Shown: positions 37,832 through 50,914, counted from the first letter of the whole stretch. The stretch is DNA of 62,982 nucleotides, filler included, from Octopus bimaculoides (GCF_001194135.2; 4 parts of 3 records of this genome joined end to end with filler, not necessarily neighbours in it), one strand, 5' to 3'. Notes: a model not told the origin generated them from the letters alone. Numbers and translations are program-made.

Positions 37832-38043
37832 TACTACTTTAGGCACAAGGCCCGAAATTTTTGGGGAGGCGGCCAGTCGATTATATCGACCCCAGCACGC
37901 AACTGGTACTTAATTTATCGACCCCAGTACGCAACTGGTACTTAATTTATCGACCCCGAAAGAATAAGTCGACCTCGGCGGAATTTGAACTCAGAATGTA
38001 AAGATAGATGAAATACAGGTGCGCTAACTTTTCTGCCAGCTGG
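37832..38043 (-). mobile_element. SINE family B copy with an internal 32-bp tandem duplication
   Basis: ATCGACCCCAGYACGCAACTGGTACTTAATTT repeated at 37885 and 37917. Confidence 0.88.
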
Positions 38044-38464
38044 CATATTAAATACGAGTGCAGCAGTTAATAAGTTGTTACTCTGTTAATCACACTTCAG
38101 ATATTTAATTGTATTTAATAATCTGTCATTGTATTAATCATAAGTGAAGAATTTAATAAACTGACATTCTTTTAAACACACATTAAGTGTTTATTTACAT
38201 TTGATATTTCATAAAAGCAGGAAATATGATATTTAATAAGTTCATATTGTAATAAGTATATGTGAGCTATTTAATAATGTAATATTCTAGTAAACACATA
38301 AAAGTTAATTACTCTTGATATAACCGATATCTGTTCCGCAATAAGCAGAACGTCAGTTTCGTAATCAAGCAAAGGGTGTCGACGAACTTGAAGATCGTGA
38401 ATTCGACTCTCACCTAGGGTATATCTATTTATAGAGTGCAGGCACAACGGTATAGTTTCTAGTT

Positions 38465-38680
38465 CACTTCCATTGCGTGGCACCTTGGGTAAGTGTCTTC
38501 TACTATAGTCCCGGGACGACCGATGTAACCCCACTCCTGTGAAAGTATTTGGTACATGGAAACTCCGTCGTGTGTGTGTGTATCTTTGTGTTTGATCTTG
38601 TGCGATCTTGTGCGAAAGTATTATATGACACTGACAACACTGTCCTCCATCAGCCTGTCGCTGACAGTCGTTCAACGGTC
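38465..38680 (+). mobile_element. Degenerate SINE family A copy
   Basis: TGCGTGGCACCTTGGGTAAGTGTCTTCTACTATAG. Confidence 0.7.
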
Positions 38681-40641
38681 TTAAACATTCGCGTTTTCGC
38701 GAAATATTTATCAATTTTTAAAGCTATATTATTTCTTTCTTTCTTTTAATTTAAGGTTTTAAAAATGCTACAAGGGGCTGCGTCCACAGCCTTTACAGAT
38801 CCTCAGTGATCAGTGAGACTGATACAGTTGATGTTCCTGAACAAATGAAGACTGTCAACTTAAGGAAAATAAAGCATGATATTCTAGCGAGGAAAAATAA
38901 GGAATGAGGGTTCGTGTGTGGCAATAGATCATAAAAAACACAATGAGGAAAATAAGAAAATGAAAGACGGATGAGGTGGATGGAACTGGGTAGATGTGAT
39001 ATACAACTAGCTACTTTTGAGGAAGAGAAGCCACTGTAGTTGCAGCTAAAAGAACAGAGCGAGGACACAAATATGTCAGTGAGATAAAAGCTGGAATGTG
39101 TTGGTGAGCAATTTCAGTACTTCGGTTGACTATCTTCTGGATGTGGTCTGCGTTGTTTGTGAGTGTAGCAGCCACAGCTAAAGCAGCAGTACCGTTTCAG
39201 ATGTTATTTGTATCAAGCAGAATCCGTAGAGCATCTGGTAAAATGCTTTGTGGTAGTTGCTTACTTTCCTTCATATTTCAAGTTCAAATCCTCTCCAGTG
39301 CCACCTTGTACTTCATACTTCCGAGATAGGTGAAAAAAGTTCTAGAGTCGATTTTGATAGGGACAGTACACCCTCGATGGCGATGTCCCAACATGGCTAC
39401 TGTTCAAAACTAGTTGGATAAAATATTCCAACTTCAGTGCATTTATTTATGAACACCTACTGAAGTTTCAAATACTGACCATTAGCGATCAGTTCAATTT
39501 ACACACACACACACACAAGTATGCCCGTATGCATGTATGTATGTGTGTATGTATGTATGTATGTATGTATGTATGTGTGTATGTATGTATGTATGTATGT
39601 ATGTATGTATGTATGTATGTATGTACAAAATTTCAAAAAGAACAGCTATAAAATAAACTTAAGCATCTAATGGCGTTATAAGCTGTTTAGTTATAAAGCT
39701 CGGTGGTTTTGCAAACACTTTGTGATGCTTTTTGATAGAATCATTTCGTCTAGTGCCAAATTCTCTTTTACATATAAGCGGAGTTATAGTAGTGCCAGGC
39801 AAACCTCGGTCTGTATATCTGTGTTAATGACACAACATTTGGCAAATAAACGATATCTTTAAATGATCCGATGTAAAAGAGGTCAGCGTTATCTTTTCGT
39901 GTGTGAAAATCACCATATCTTTTTAATTATATATTTTAGAATTTGTTCTTTTAATTAAAAATAAGACTTCTAATTCGTAATATGTTATCCGATCGCCAGC
40001 GCCTGAGCCATTACTGGAATGGCAGATGATAATTCTTTAAATTCTTTAAAAGCAGTCCAAATATGTTTGACCCCTCGCCAGCCATTAGTAGCATAGCAGA
40101 TGACTGTTCTCTTAACACAGTCCAAAACGTCTAATGGAATCGAGGAAAGCATAGAATGCGTTGACCACTTCAACTTCAAACGGCATGGCGAAATCAATAT
40201 CTGTCAGGCAATGTTTAATGCAACATTCAGAAAGGAGAAAATGAAACGAAAAAAGGGCTGTGAAATTAAAATTGCAAAGAAAAAAGAAAAAACAAAACAA
40301 ACTAATGATGAGGATGATGAGAAGAATGAAGGTGGTGAGTAGGGGAGGAGGATGAGAGACAAGTAGCTTAAAATGAAATAAATAACTAACATTGGAAAAT
40401 TCAGGCAGAGCCTGTCCATTATTTTATTTTTATTGTCAGCTTTCTCTAGCCAAATGTCTAAAGGTTGTCGAGTTAGTAATGAATACAGGAAAACTAACTA
40501 TAAGATTGTACACCTGCTATTTCTGCAATTCAAACTGCTTTAATATACCGAAAACTTCCCATTAGAGTTTACCCAACATTTTGAGTGGCCATGACAGATC
40601 TGCTACCATTACACTAAAGTCAATCTTTCTGATTTAATGTC

Positions 40642-40681
<40 letters not shown>

Positions 40682-41382
40682 NNNNNNNNNNNNNNNNNNN
40701 NNNNNNNNNNNNNNNNNNNNNNNNNNNNNNNNNNNNNNNNNNNNNNNNNNNNNNNNNNNNNNNNNNNNNNNNNNNNNNNNNNNNNNNNNNNNNNNNNNNN
40801 NNNNNNNNNNNNNNNNNNNNNNNNNNNNNNNNNNNNNNNNNNNNNNNNNNNNNNNNNNNNNNNNNNNNNNNNNNNNNNNNNNNNNNNNNNNNNNNNNNNN
40901 NNNNNNNNNNNNNNNNNNNNNNNNNNNNNNNNNNNNNNNNNNNNNNNNNNNNNNNNNNNNNNNNNNNNNNNNNNNNNNNNNNNNNNNNNNNNNNNNNNNN
41001 NNNNNNNNNNNNNNNNNNNNNNNNNNNNNNNNNNNNNNNNNNNNNNNNNNNNNNNNNNNNNNNNNNNNNNNNNNNNNNNNNNNNNNNNNNNNNNNNNNNN
41101 NNNNNNNNNNNNNNNNNNNNNNNNNNNNNNNNNNNNNNNNNNNNNNNNNNNNNNNNNNNNNNNNNNNNNNNNNNNNNNNNNNNNNNNNNNNNNNNNNNNN
41201 NNNNNNNNNNNNNNNNNNNNNNNNNNNNNNNNNNNNNNNNNNNNNNNNNNNNNNNNNNNNNNNNNNNNNNNNNNNNNNNNNNNNNNNNNNNNNNNNNNNN
41301 NNNNNNNNNNNNNNNNNNNNNNNNNNNNNNNNNNNNNNNNNNNNNNNNNNNNNNNNNNNNNNNNNNNNNNNNNNNNNNNNNN

Positions 41383-41538
41383 TAGTCGAACTAATCGAAC
41401 CTAGGACTTATCCTATCAGACCCTTTTGCTGAACCGCTAGATTACGGGGACGTAAATACACCAGTATCGGTTGTCAAGCGATTGTGGGGGACAAACGCAG
41501 AGGCACAAACATATACGCACACATACATACATACATAC

Positions 41539-41570
<32 letters not shown>

Positions 41571-41730
41571 AACGGGCTTCTTTCTGTCTCCGTCTACCAA
41601 ATCCACTCACAAGGCTTTAGTCAGCCCGAGGCTATAGTAGAAGACACTTGCCCAAGGTACCATGAAGTAGGACTGAACCTGTAACCATGTAGTTGGGAAG
41701 CAAGCGTCTTACCACACAGCCACACCTATG
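41383..41730 (-). mobile_element. SINE family A copy
   Basis: CCAAATCCACTCACAAGGCTTT...GGCTATAGTAGAAGACACTTGCCCAAGG...CTTACCACACAGCCACACCTA. Confidence 0.9.
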
Positions 41731-43039
41731 TATAATTTTTAGTCGTTAGACACTTGTTATTCTTGTTTTTATTTGTAATCGTATAACATTTTCCCCGTTT
41801 TCTCGTTTTTTTGTCCGTGTTGTTGCACGTATTCAATCGTTTTCTTCCAAACATTTAATATCCTTAGCATAGATTTTTGACGCGTATCAGTTTTGAACAG
41901 TCTCAAGGCTAACAGGCCGAAACTGTAATGATGATAGGAAGCTTGACTGATAAATAGAAAGCCACAAATTTTTCCGTCCTGGTTTTGCTTTCCGTTTTTG
42001 TATCCTCCATCTGTCCGTATGTTTTTGTTGTCGTCCATCACGTTCTTGTTCCGTTTATATATATATATATATATAAAGCATATATAGATGTGTGTGTGTG
42101 TGTGAGTATATATGTATTATATACACACGCACACATATATATATATGTATGTATNNNNNNNNNNTTACACAATTCTCAACCGATTTTCACCAAATTTTAC
42201 ACACACATTATTTATGCCCCAAGGAACACTGTACGCGATGAATATCCGATATTAAATAAACTTAATCTCCATATTCAAACAACATTAAACTTCGGCAAGC
42301 TTACCTTTACCTATTCTGAGTTCCTTGAAAGGTGATGTTCCTTTCCTTTTCTTCTATTTGTTGATACCTTTGTTTACTTACCAATGTGTTGTTTCACTTT
42401 AAGGATGCTTATTTACCCATCCATTATGATATTTCGACTGCTGTCCATTGTTTCAAATACGTTTTAGCATTGCCGTTCGAGCCTTTTTTTAAACAATCAC
42501 ATATGATTCGTCCCAAAGAATCAACCTATCTTTCAGAAAGCTCCATACCAGTTTAACTTTATGCAGCATTCGCTGTTAGCTTATGAGCAGACTATGTGGG
42601 AAGACAGAATAAAGGAGCTTTCGTTATCTCTCCGAAAAAATAGCTCCCTTTGCTGTTGAAAAAAATAACACGCAGAAGGGAAGTTTCAACGTCTTCCTTC
42701 AATTTCCTTACACCATTTATGTGGCAGTTTCTGACAAGAAATTGCGCTTTCTTAAAAAACAATTATATTTTGTTGTCATTATCCATAATCTACTCCCAGA
42801 ACTTTTCAGTAACTCTACTTTGCATCACTTGCAAACTTATATGTTCTATGGTCATTAAAGTGCAATGACCTCTACAATAACCAGCCTTCAATTTGATTTT
42901 CTGTTCCTAGGTTAATCGGAAACATAGATTGCCGTGCTACTCATAAACCTTCTCGGTAGATCTATTATTTAGTGAAAATATACTACCAAAGCAACTTAAA
43001 ACGTCCAAAGCACGGGTGCGTTCGTTAGTTTATATATAT

Positions 43040-43101
43040 GAGGAGGTGCTGAAAAATTTCTGGCTTTCCCTTAACGCCAGAAATTTTCAGGATCCTCTCT
43101 T
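43040..43101. mobile_element. ~60-bp mariner-like mini-element (TIR-TIR only)
   Basis: CTGAAAAATTTCTGGC / GCCAGAAAATTTTCAG inverted pair. Left end TATATGAGGAGGTGCTGAAAA resembles mariner TIRs. Confidence 0.55.
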
Positions 43102-43108
43102 AAATAAG

Positions 43109-43144
<36 letters not shown>

Positions 43145-43161
43145 CAGATACATAAATAGAA

Positions 43162-43493
43162 AAAGGTAAAGGTCTTCATGGGTATGAATGACCATGGAAT
43201 TGCGCCTAAAAAATTCCTCCCTGTGTCACAAATGTTCGTAGAAGACCAGCCAACACCCATGCATACAAATCTCCTCTCTCCTCGCCTCCGATGCTGTCTA
43301 AAGGAAATACAAAGACCGATACAGCTTGGCACTATTGACTTCACGACTTATTTCTACAACTGAGTGAGCTAGAGCAACGTGCAAATAAAGTGTACTGCCC
43401 AAGAACACAACACATATCCCGGTTCGGGAATCAAACTCACAGCCGTACGATTGTCAGCTCAACGCTCTAATCACCGAGTAATGCTCCCTCCAC
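43162..43493 (-). mobile_element. SINE family E copy
   Basis: Reverse complement of 33330-33642 motifs (CCGATACAGCTTGGCAC, GGGAATCAAACTCAC). Confidence 0.85.
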
Positions 43494-43825
43494 ACACAAT
43501 CACACACACACATGTATGTATGTTTGTATGTATGTATATATACATACACATACATATATGTATGTATATATTATATTCAGGTCATATAGATTAAATATTT
43601 ACTTAATATTTACTGAGAATTAATTGAAACAGCTGTAAGGGATGATTAATAATCTGCTGCTAATAATATACAATTATTAACTTCTCAATCTCCAATTTTT
43701 TCTTCTTTTATATCAATATAAACTATATGTTTTTAAATATGCACCTATTATTTTAAGGAGATTAAATCCTCCACCTGGATGAAACCGTCCCTTCACAAGG
43801 TTAACACAATCTCTAATCGAATTTA

Positions 43826-43859
<34 letters not shown>

Positions 43860-44655
43860 NNNNNNNNNNNNNNNNNNNNNNNNNNNNNNNNNNNNNNNNN
43901 NNNNNNNNNNNNNNNNNNNNNNNNNNNNNNNNNNNNNNNNNNNNNNNNNNNNNNNNNNNNNNNNNNNNNNNNNNNNNNNNNNNNNNNNNNNNNNNNNNNN
44001 NNNNNNNNNNNNNNNNNNNNNNNNNNNNNNNNNNNNNNNNNNNNNNNNNNNNNNNNNNNNNNNNNNNNNNNNNNNNNNNNNNNNNNNNNNNNNNNNNNNN
44101 NNNNNNNNNNNNNNNNNNNNNNNNNNNNNNNNNNNNNNNNNNNNNNNNNNNNNNNNNNNNNNNNNNNNNNNNNNNNNNNNNNNNNNNNNNNNNNNNNNNN
44201 NNNNNNNNNNNNNNNNNNNNNNNNNNNNNNNNNNNNNNNNNNNNNNNNNNNNNNNNNNNNNNNNNNNNNNNNNNNNNNNNNNNNNNNNNNNNNNNNNNNN
44301 NNNNNNNNNNNNNNNNNNNNNNNNNNNNNNNNNNNNNNNNNNNNNNNNNNNNNNNNNNNNNNNNNNNNNNNNNNNNNNNNNNNNNNNNNNNNNNNNNNNN
44401 NNNNNNNNNNNNNNNNNNNNNNNNNNNNNNNNNNNNNNNNNNNNNNNNNNNNNNNNNNNNNNNNNNNNNNNNNNNNNNNNNNNNNNNNNNNNNNNNNNNN
44501 NNNNNNNNNNNNNNNNNNNNNNNNNNNNNNNNNNNNNNNNNNNNNNNNNNNNNNNNNNNNNNNNNNNNNNNNNNNNNNNNNNNNNNNNNNNNNNNNNNNN
44601 NNNNNNNNNNNNNNNNNNNNNNNNNNNNNNNNNNNNNNNNNNNNNNNNNNNNNNN

Positions 44656-44703
<48 letters not shown>

Positions 44704-44787
44704 TGAAAACCTTCCACCATGAATGACTCAAACCTCTACTCATGAAATAGAAGAATGTATGTTAATATTAATATTTATATGTTAACA

Positions 44788-44928
44788 GTTCAAATTCCGC
44801 CAAGGTGGCTTTGCCTTTCATCCTTTAGCGGTCGATAAAAATAAAATACCAATTGAGCACTGGGTTGAAGTAATCAACTTAGCTCCTACCCCGAAATTAC
44901 TGGCCTTGTGCCAAAATTTGAAACTAAT
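44788..44928 (+). mobile_element. SINE family B 3' part
   Basis: GTTCAAATTCCGCCAAGGTGGCTTTGCCTTTCATCC...GGCCTTGTGCCAAAATTTGAAAC. Confidence 0.85.
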
Positions 44929-45703
44929 AGTTATATATGTTTGTATAAAGAAGTCAATGTCAAAAGAAGTGAATGCCTTTTTTAAATCATCTGTTATTTT
45001 GACGGTTCTTCACTACAGCAATAGCCTATTTTATATCTGCTTTATATTATACATAATATTATCCCTTATTGCTTGGCACAGGAATTCAGGAACATGTTGT
45101 GTAAGGAACAGCAAACAACCTCTCTCATATGCCAGGGCTACATTACCAATATCTTTAGATATATCCTTGTTATATTTCTATTTGCTACTTCTCTTCCTCA
45201 CCTCTCACCTTTATATTTCTATTAGCTTTATTTGTTTTTCATACAAACGTTTTTGTGTTTCTGCTTTATTTATTTCTTAATCGGATATAATTCTGGAGAA
45301 ACCATATTAGTATTTGTTAGCCGACATTTTAATCTATCTGAGTAATGTGCTTATCGTATCACTGTAATCTTTTGAATAAATATTATTGAATTTTATAACT
45401 AAATTTGCACGGCTTTCTAAAATTTCTCTTGATAAGAAACAAAAATAAAGCAGAACAAAGTAAACGAAGCAAAAGAAATCGCATTCATCACAGCTTCATA
45501 GCCATGTTTTCTTGATAGTTAAAGAATGTATATTATATCATATACACATATATACATACACAAACATAGACGAGCACTCACGAACACATACAGAGACACA
45601 CACACATTTACACACACAAATATATTAGGTATGTATAATGCTTAGATATTGACATCTAGTTTTGGGAGGTTCTGTGGCATTATATATATATACATACGTA
45701 CAA

Positions 45704-45759
<56 letters not shown>

Positions 45760-46269
45760 ACACACATATGTATATATGCACACACACACACACACGCACA
45801 CACACACATATATATACCGAAACACGTACATAACACATTCTAAACATTCCTCCATATATATGCGCATTTATATACATTCATACTTTAGGTGCTCGGAGCA
45901 AGCAATCTATTATTTGAATAATAAGAATATCCTTACCATTTAAGCCACGTCTATCATTCGTATCTTTGATGCTGAAGGTGTTAATGATTGTCAAATCATT
46001 AATGTAAAAATATCAATTATCCTGACCACGTTCATAGAAGAAACATTTTATTCAAGGTTGCCGTGATATTTGTCTCAAACGCCGATTTACCATAGCAAAA
46101 GTTACTGCAAGCAATAAAACTAGATAAATCAATACTAATCACATCGAAAAATGTAAACTGAATGTTATGAAGAAGATGAAAGAATAAAATATAATTTTGT
46201 TAGCTTTATTAAATCAACAATGACTAAATTAACATCCTTCTTTTGGGTATAACTTGTATCTTTTACTGC

Positions 46270-46439
46270 AACAATGCAGGGGCACCGCTTAGAAGGGTTT
46301 TAGTTGGACAAAGTGACCAGAGTAAGAAAATCTGGTATTTAATTTACCGGGTTCTTTCACCGAACTGCTATGTTACGGGATACGTAAACAAACGAATGCT
46401 GGTTCTCAAGTGGTGATTGGGGATATGCACAAGCACACA

Positions 46440-46445
<6 letters not shown>
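46270..46445 (-). mobile_element. Degenerate SINE family A 3' half, running into (CA)n and a gap
   Basis: GGGGCACCGC...CCGAACTGCTATGTTACGGG...ACGTAAACA. Confidence 0.7.
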
Positions 46446-46509
<64 letters not shown>

Positions 46510-47127
46510 NNNNNNNNNNNNNNNNNNNNNNNNNNNNNNNNNNNNNNNNNNNNNNNNNNNNNNNNNNNNNNNNNNNNNNNNNNNNNNNNNNNNNNNNNNN
46601 NNNNNNNNNNNNNNNNNNNNNNNNNNNNNNNNNNNNNNNNNNNNNNNNNNNNNNNNNNNNNNNNNNNNNNNNNNNNNNNNNNNNNNNNNNNNNNNNNNNN
46701 NNNNNNNNNNNNNNNNNNNNNNNNNNNNNNNNNNNNNNNNNNNNNNNNNNNNNNNNNNNNNNNNNNNNNNNNNNNNNNNNNNNNNNNNNNNNNNNNNNNN
46801 NNNNNNNNNNNNNNNNNNNNNNNNNNNNNNNNNNNNNNNNNNNNNNNNNNNNNNNNNNNNNNNNNNNNNNNNNNNNNNNNNNNNNNNNNNNNNNNNNNNN
46901 NNNNNNNNNNNNNNNNNNNNNNNNNNNNNNNNNNNNNNNNNNNNNNNNNNNNNNNNNNNNNNNNNNNNNNNNNNNNNNNNNNNNNNNNNNNNNNNNNNNN
47001 NNNNNNNNNNNNNNNNNNNNNNNNNNNNNNNNNNNNNNNNNNNNNNNNNNNNNNNNNNNNNNNNNNNNNNNNNNNNNNNNNNNNNNNNNNNNNNNNNNNN
47101 NNNNNNNNNNNNNNNNNNNNNNNNNNA

Positions 47128-47301
47128 GAGTGTTGTGGTGAAAGAGTACAGCAGAGTTCGCCACCATCCCCTGCCGGAGCCTTGTGGAGCTTTAGGTGTT
47201 TTCGGTCAATAAACACTCACAACGCCCGGTCTAGGAATCGAAACCGCGATCCTATGACCACGAGTCCGCTGCCCTAACCACTGGGCCATTGCGCCTCCAC
47301 T
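47128..47301 (-). mobile_element. SINE family C 5' part (tRNA-like head)
   Basis: ~95% identical (8 differences over ~174 nt, counted by eye) to the reverse complement of 48301-48475. Confidence 0.92.
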
Positions 47302-47437
47302 CCCTACAGCGTGAACAGTGTATAAACAACACAAGAACATTTTCCGTACAACAGACATGTTTTATAATAAGGATGTTATCTCGCAGTTTTATAACAAGGA
47401 TTATACCTAGTATCAAAAACAAAGTCCAGACTCTTAA

Positions 47438-47765
47438 AGAGTAAAGACCCCACTCGGTCATGAATGGCCAAGGAATTGCAACTAGAAAGTTCCCCTCCAA
47501 GGCACATTCCGGGCAAGACTGTTTATGGAAGACCTGCAGTAACCTATGCATACAAACCTCCCCTCTTTACACCATAGAAAAAGCAAAGGCCGATACAGCT
47601 TGAGACCAGTGACATCGCAACTCATTTCTACCGTTGAGTGAACTGGAGCAACGTGCAAGACAGTCTCTTACTCAAGAACTCAACACACAGCCCGGTCCGG
47701 GAATCGAACTCACTACCTCATGATTATGAGCCTGACGTTCTAAACACTGAACCATGCGCCTTTAC
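47438..47765 (-). mobile_element. SINE family E copy
   Basis: CCCGGTCCGGGAATCGAACTCAC head and AGGCCGATACAGCTTG body. Confidence 0.9.
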
Positions 47766-48300
47766 GACTATTACTGCTACTGTATTATCCTGCGGTGACA
47801 TTGGCCTTGAAAACTAAAGCAGTATTGATTATATCAGAAATGCACTCAATGAAGAAATTTTTCCAAAACCCTGATGAAGGACTTAGATGATCCTGGTAAC
47901 AGATTTGCAAAAATTGAGGCAAGCAACCTCGAGTTTGACGACTATCATAAATATTGCAGAGCATATATTTATGATACAAGTCCTTTCGAGATAATTGAAC
48001 ACAAGTAAATAGTATGAAATTAGTTGGTAGATTTCATCAGTAGACTGGCTACCAATGATCCTCAACTGTGCCTGCGTTTCCGCTAAACATTACAATCACA
48101 GCACGTGTAGTACGGAGACTTTCTGATAACACCTTGTAAATACATGCATACACACAAACATATACTCACATGTAGACACACATATATTTATGGCCTAAGG
48201 AATTTGCATCAATGAAATGTCAGAGGCATATGTTTGAACAGCAAAGTCGAATAGAGATATATTAAATACCATGCAAAATATCTCTTCTGTCGTAAATGGT

Positions 48301-48676
48301 AGTGGAGGCGCAATGGCCCAGTGGTTAGGGCAGCGGACTCGCAGTCAAAGGATCGCGGTTTCGATTCCCAGACCGGGCGTTGTGAGTGTTTATTGAGCGA
48401 AAACACCTAAAGCTCCACGAGGCTCCGGCAGGGGTTGGTGGCGAACCCTGCTGTACTCTTTCACCACAACACTCTTACTTCCTGTTTCTGTTGTGCCTGT
48501 AATTCAAAGGGTCAGCCTTGTTACACTGTGTCACGCTGAATATCCCCGAGAACTACGGTAAGGGTACACGTGTCTGTGGAGTGCTCAGTCACTTGCACGT
48601 TAATTTCACGAGCAGGCTGTTCCGTTGATCGGATCAAATGAACCCTCGTCGTCGTAAGCGACGGAGTGCCAACAAC
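48301..48676 (+). mobile_element. SINE family C, full-length young copy
   Basis: A-box TGGCCCAGTGG, B-box GGTTTCGATTCC, tail CTCGTCGTCGTAAGCGACGGAGTGCCAACAAC. Confidence 0.92.
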
Positions 48677-49331
48677 GTAGATGGTAGAACAATCGCTCGG
48701 TGAAAGTGTTTAACTCCAGATGAGAAGAAGAGAAGCTAAAGATAAGATAAGTGAACAAGCGATCGACACCAATTGATGTCGAAATACGTGTTCGTTACAT
48801 TTCACTATATTGAGGTGCCTCTTTGTGAGTTTTGTCTCCCGCCAATAATTATGCTTGCCTGAACTGGTTTTCCTTGGATTTGAAATGCAAACATAATTTC
48901 AGAGATTGTACCTCTCTAAACATGAAACAATTCAGCAGTTTTAGTAACTGAAAGTATAGCCATACGCGTTCCAGCAATTTGTTCTCTTTGGAAATTAGAT
49001 ACGCCATGAATTTTAATATATTTGAATATAAATGTCTGCAAAAGAAGAAATAGGAGGGCTATATACAAGGCATACATACTGCACAAGGGCACAGTCTATT
49101 TCTGTTCTGAATTTGTCATATTTTCCACAAAAAAAGTTAAATGAAAGCTATTTCCATTATTTTGCCCATACAGAATATATATAAATGTATATAATGTATG
49201 TAGGAAGTTGAAAATACTATCTCAAGTATTGAGTTCTTTTCCTCCTTTTTCTATGTGCAACAACACACACTATAAAGTATATATACACACACACACTCAC
49301 ATACACATACCACATATATACACACGCATAT

Positions 49332-49372
<41 letters not shown>

Positions 49373-49760
49373 CACACGTGAGCGCACACAAGCACATATA
49401 TTTAGAATTACACTCATGATGCTTTATCGGTTTGAGCACATATTTATTGTTTTCTGAAACAGCATTGCGTTCAATAACATACCACTTAATATTCGTTTTA
49501 TTTTATCAGGAAAACTTGATTATTTGATATTTTTGTACATCAGTTTGATTCCACTGTAAATATTGTTATCAGTATTATGAAATGCACTAATATAATAACA
49601 CCCCCCACTGTTTATTTTAGAAGTTTTCTGTTTAAAAAAAAGAATACTTTGGGTTTTGCTCTTTGTAAAACTATTCATTTCCTAAACTCCAACATGTGAA
49701 AATATTTCCAGAGTGTCAAAGTTATTTGCTTCCTATCAGAACTTCATATCTATCTATCTG

Positions 49761-49897
<137 letters not shown>

Positions 49898-49921
49898 ATC
49901 TATATATATATATATATATAT

Positions 49922-50336
49922 ACTACCCGTGACCCGTTGAGTCACCAATAGTTCAGAGTACTTGTAGAAACCGCGTATCTCGAAAATCAGTGGTCTGATT
50001 TACGCAAAAGATCTGTTATTCTGTGTGTTTTCACATTTGAATGGTACCCTACTCTCAAGACATTTTCCCATTATACGCAGGTTTGGCTATTTATAAAAGT
50101 ACCTCCAAAAAACTGCATATTTCGGTAACCCGTGGTCCGATTTACGTAAAACTTGTTTTATTCCGTTTGTATTCACATGAGCATCCGAATCATGACGTCT
50201 CTTGCTTTTGTATCTTTCCTTCTGGTTCGTCAGACGCTCAGCTCTTCAAGTGTCCGATTCCTGATCTCTCCTGATTCTGTATCTTTCCGTCTGTTCCGCC
50301 AAACGCTCAGCCTTCGCTTTATCAGTCTCATCGACA
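49922..50336 (-). mobile_element. Probable non-autonomous Helitron derivative carrying 23-aa (69-bp) STPR-like repeats
   Basis: ETDKAKAERLAEQTERYRIRRDQ/ESDT*RAERLTNQKERYKSKRRH, with 69-bp DNA periodicity (50211 vs 50280; 50231 vs 50300). Minus-strand end has hairpin GTGACTC-AAC-GGGTCAC then GGGTAG|T. Confidence 0.6.
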
Positions 50337-50914
50337 CNNNNNNNNNNNNNNNNNNNNNNNNNNNNNNNNNNNNNNNNNNNNNNNNNNNNNNNNNNNNNNN
50401 NNNNNNNNNNNNNNNNNNNNNNNNNNNNNNNNNNNNNNNNNNNNNNNNNNNNNNNNNNNNNNNNNNNNNNNNNNNNNNNNNNNNNNNNNNNNNNNNNNNN
50501 NNNNNNNNNNNNNNNNNNNNNNNNNNNNNNNNNNNNNNNNNNNNNNNNNNNNNNNNNNNNNNNNNNNNNNNNNNNNNNNNNNNNNNNNNNNNNNNNNNNN
50601 NNNNNNNNNNNNNNNNNNNNNNNNNNNNNNNNNNNNNNNNNNNNNNNNNNNNNNNNNNNNNNNNNNNNNNNNNNNNNNNNNNNNNNNNNNNNNNNNNNNN
50701 NNNNNNNNNNNNNNNNNNNNNNNNNNNNNNNNNNNNNNNNNNNNNNNNNNNNNNNNNNNNNNNNNNNNNNNNNNNNNNNNNNNNNNNNNNNNNNNNNNNN
50801 NNNNNNNNNNNNNNNNNNNNNNNNNNNNNNNNNNNNNNNNNNNNNNNNNNNNNNNNNNNNNNNNNNNNNNNNNNNNNNNNNNNNNNNNNNNNNNNNNNNN
50901 NNNNNNNNNNNNNN

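Noticed and set aside
48301-48375. Possible tRNA gene (also 33330-33400 and 47228-47301)
   Set aside because: A and B boxes are present but continue into multicopy SINE bodies, with no complete cloverleaf or acceptor stem.
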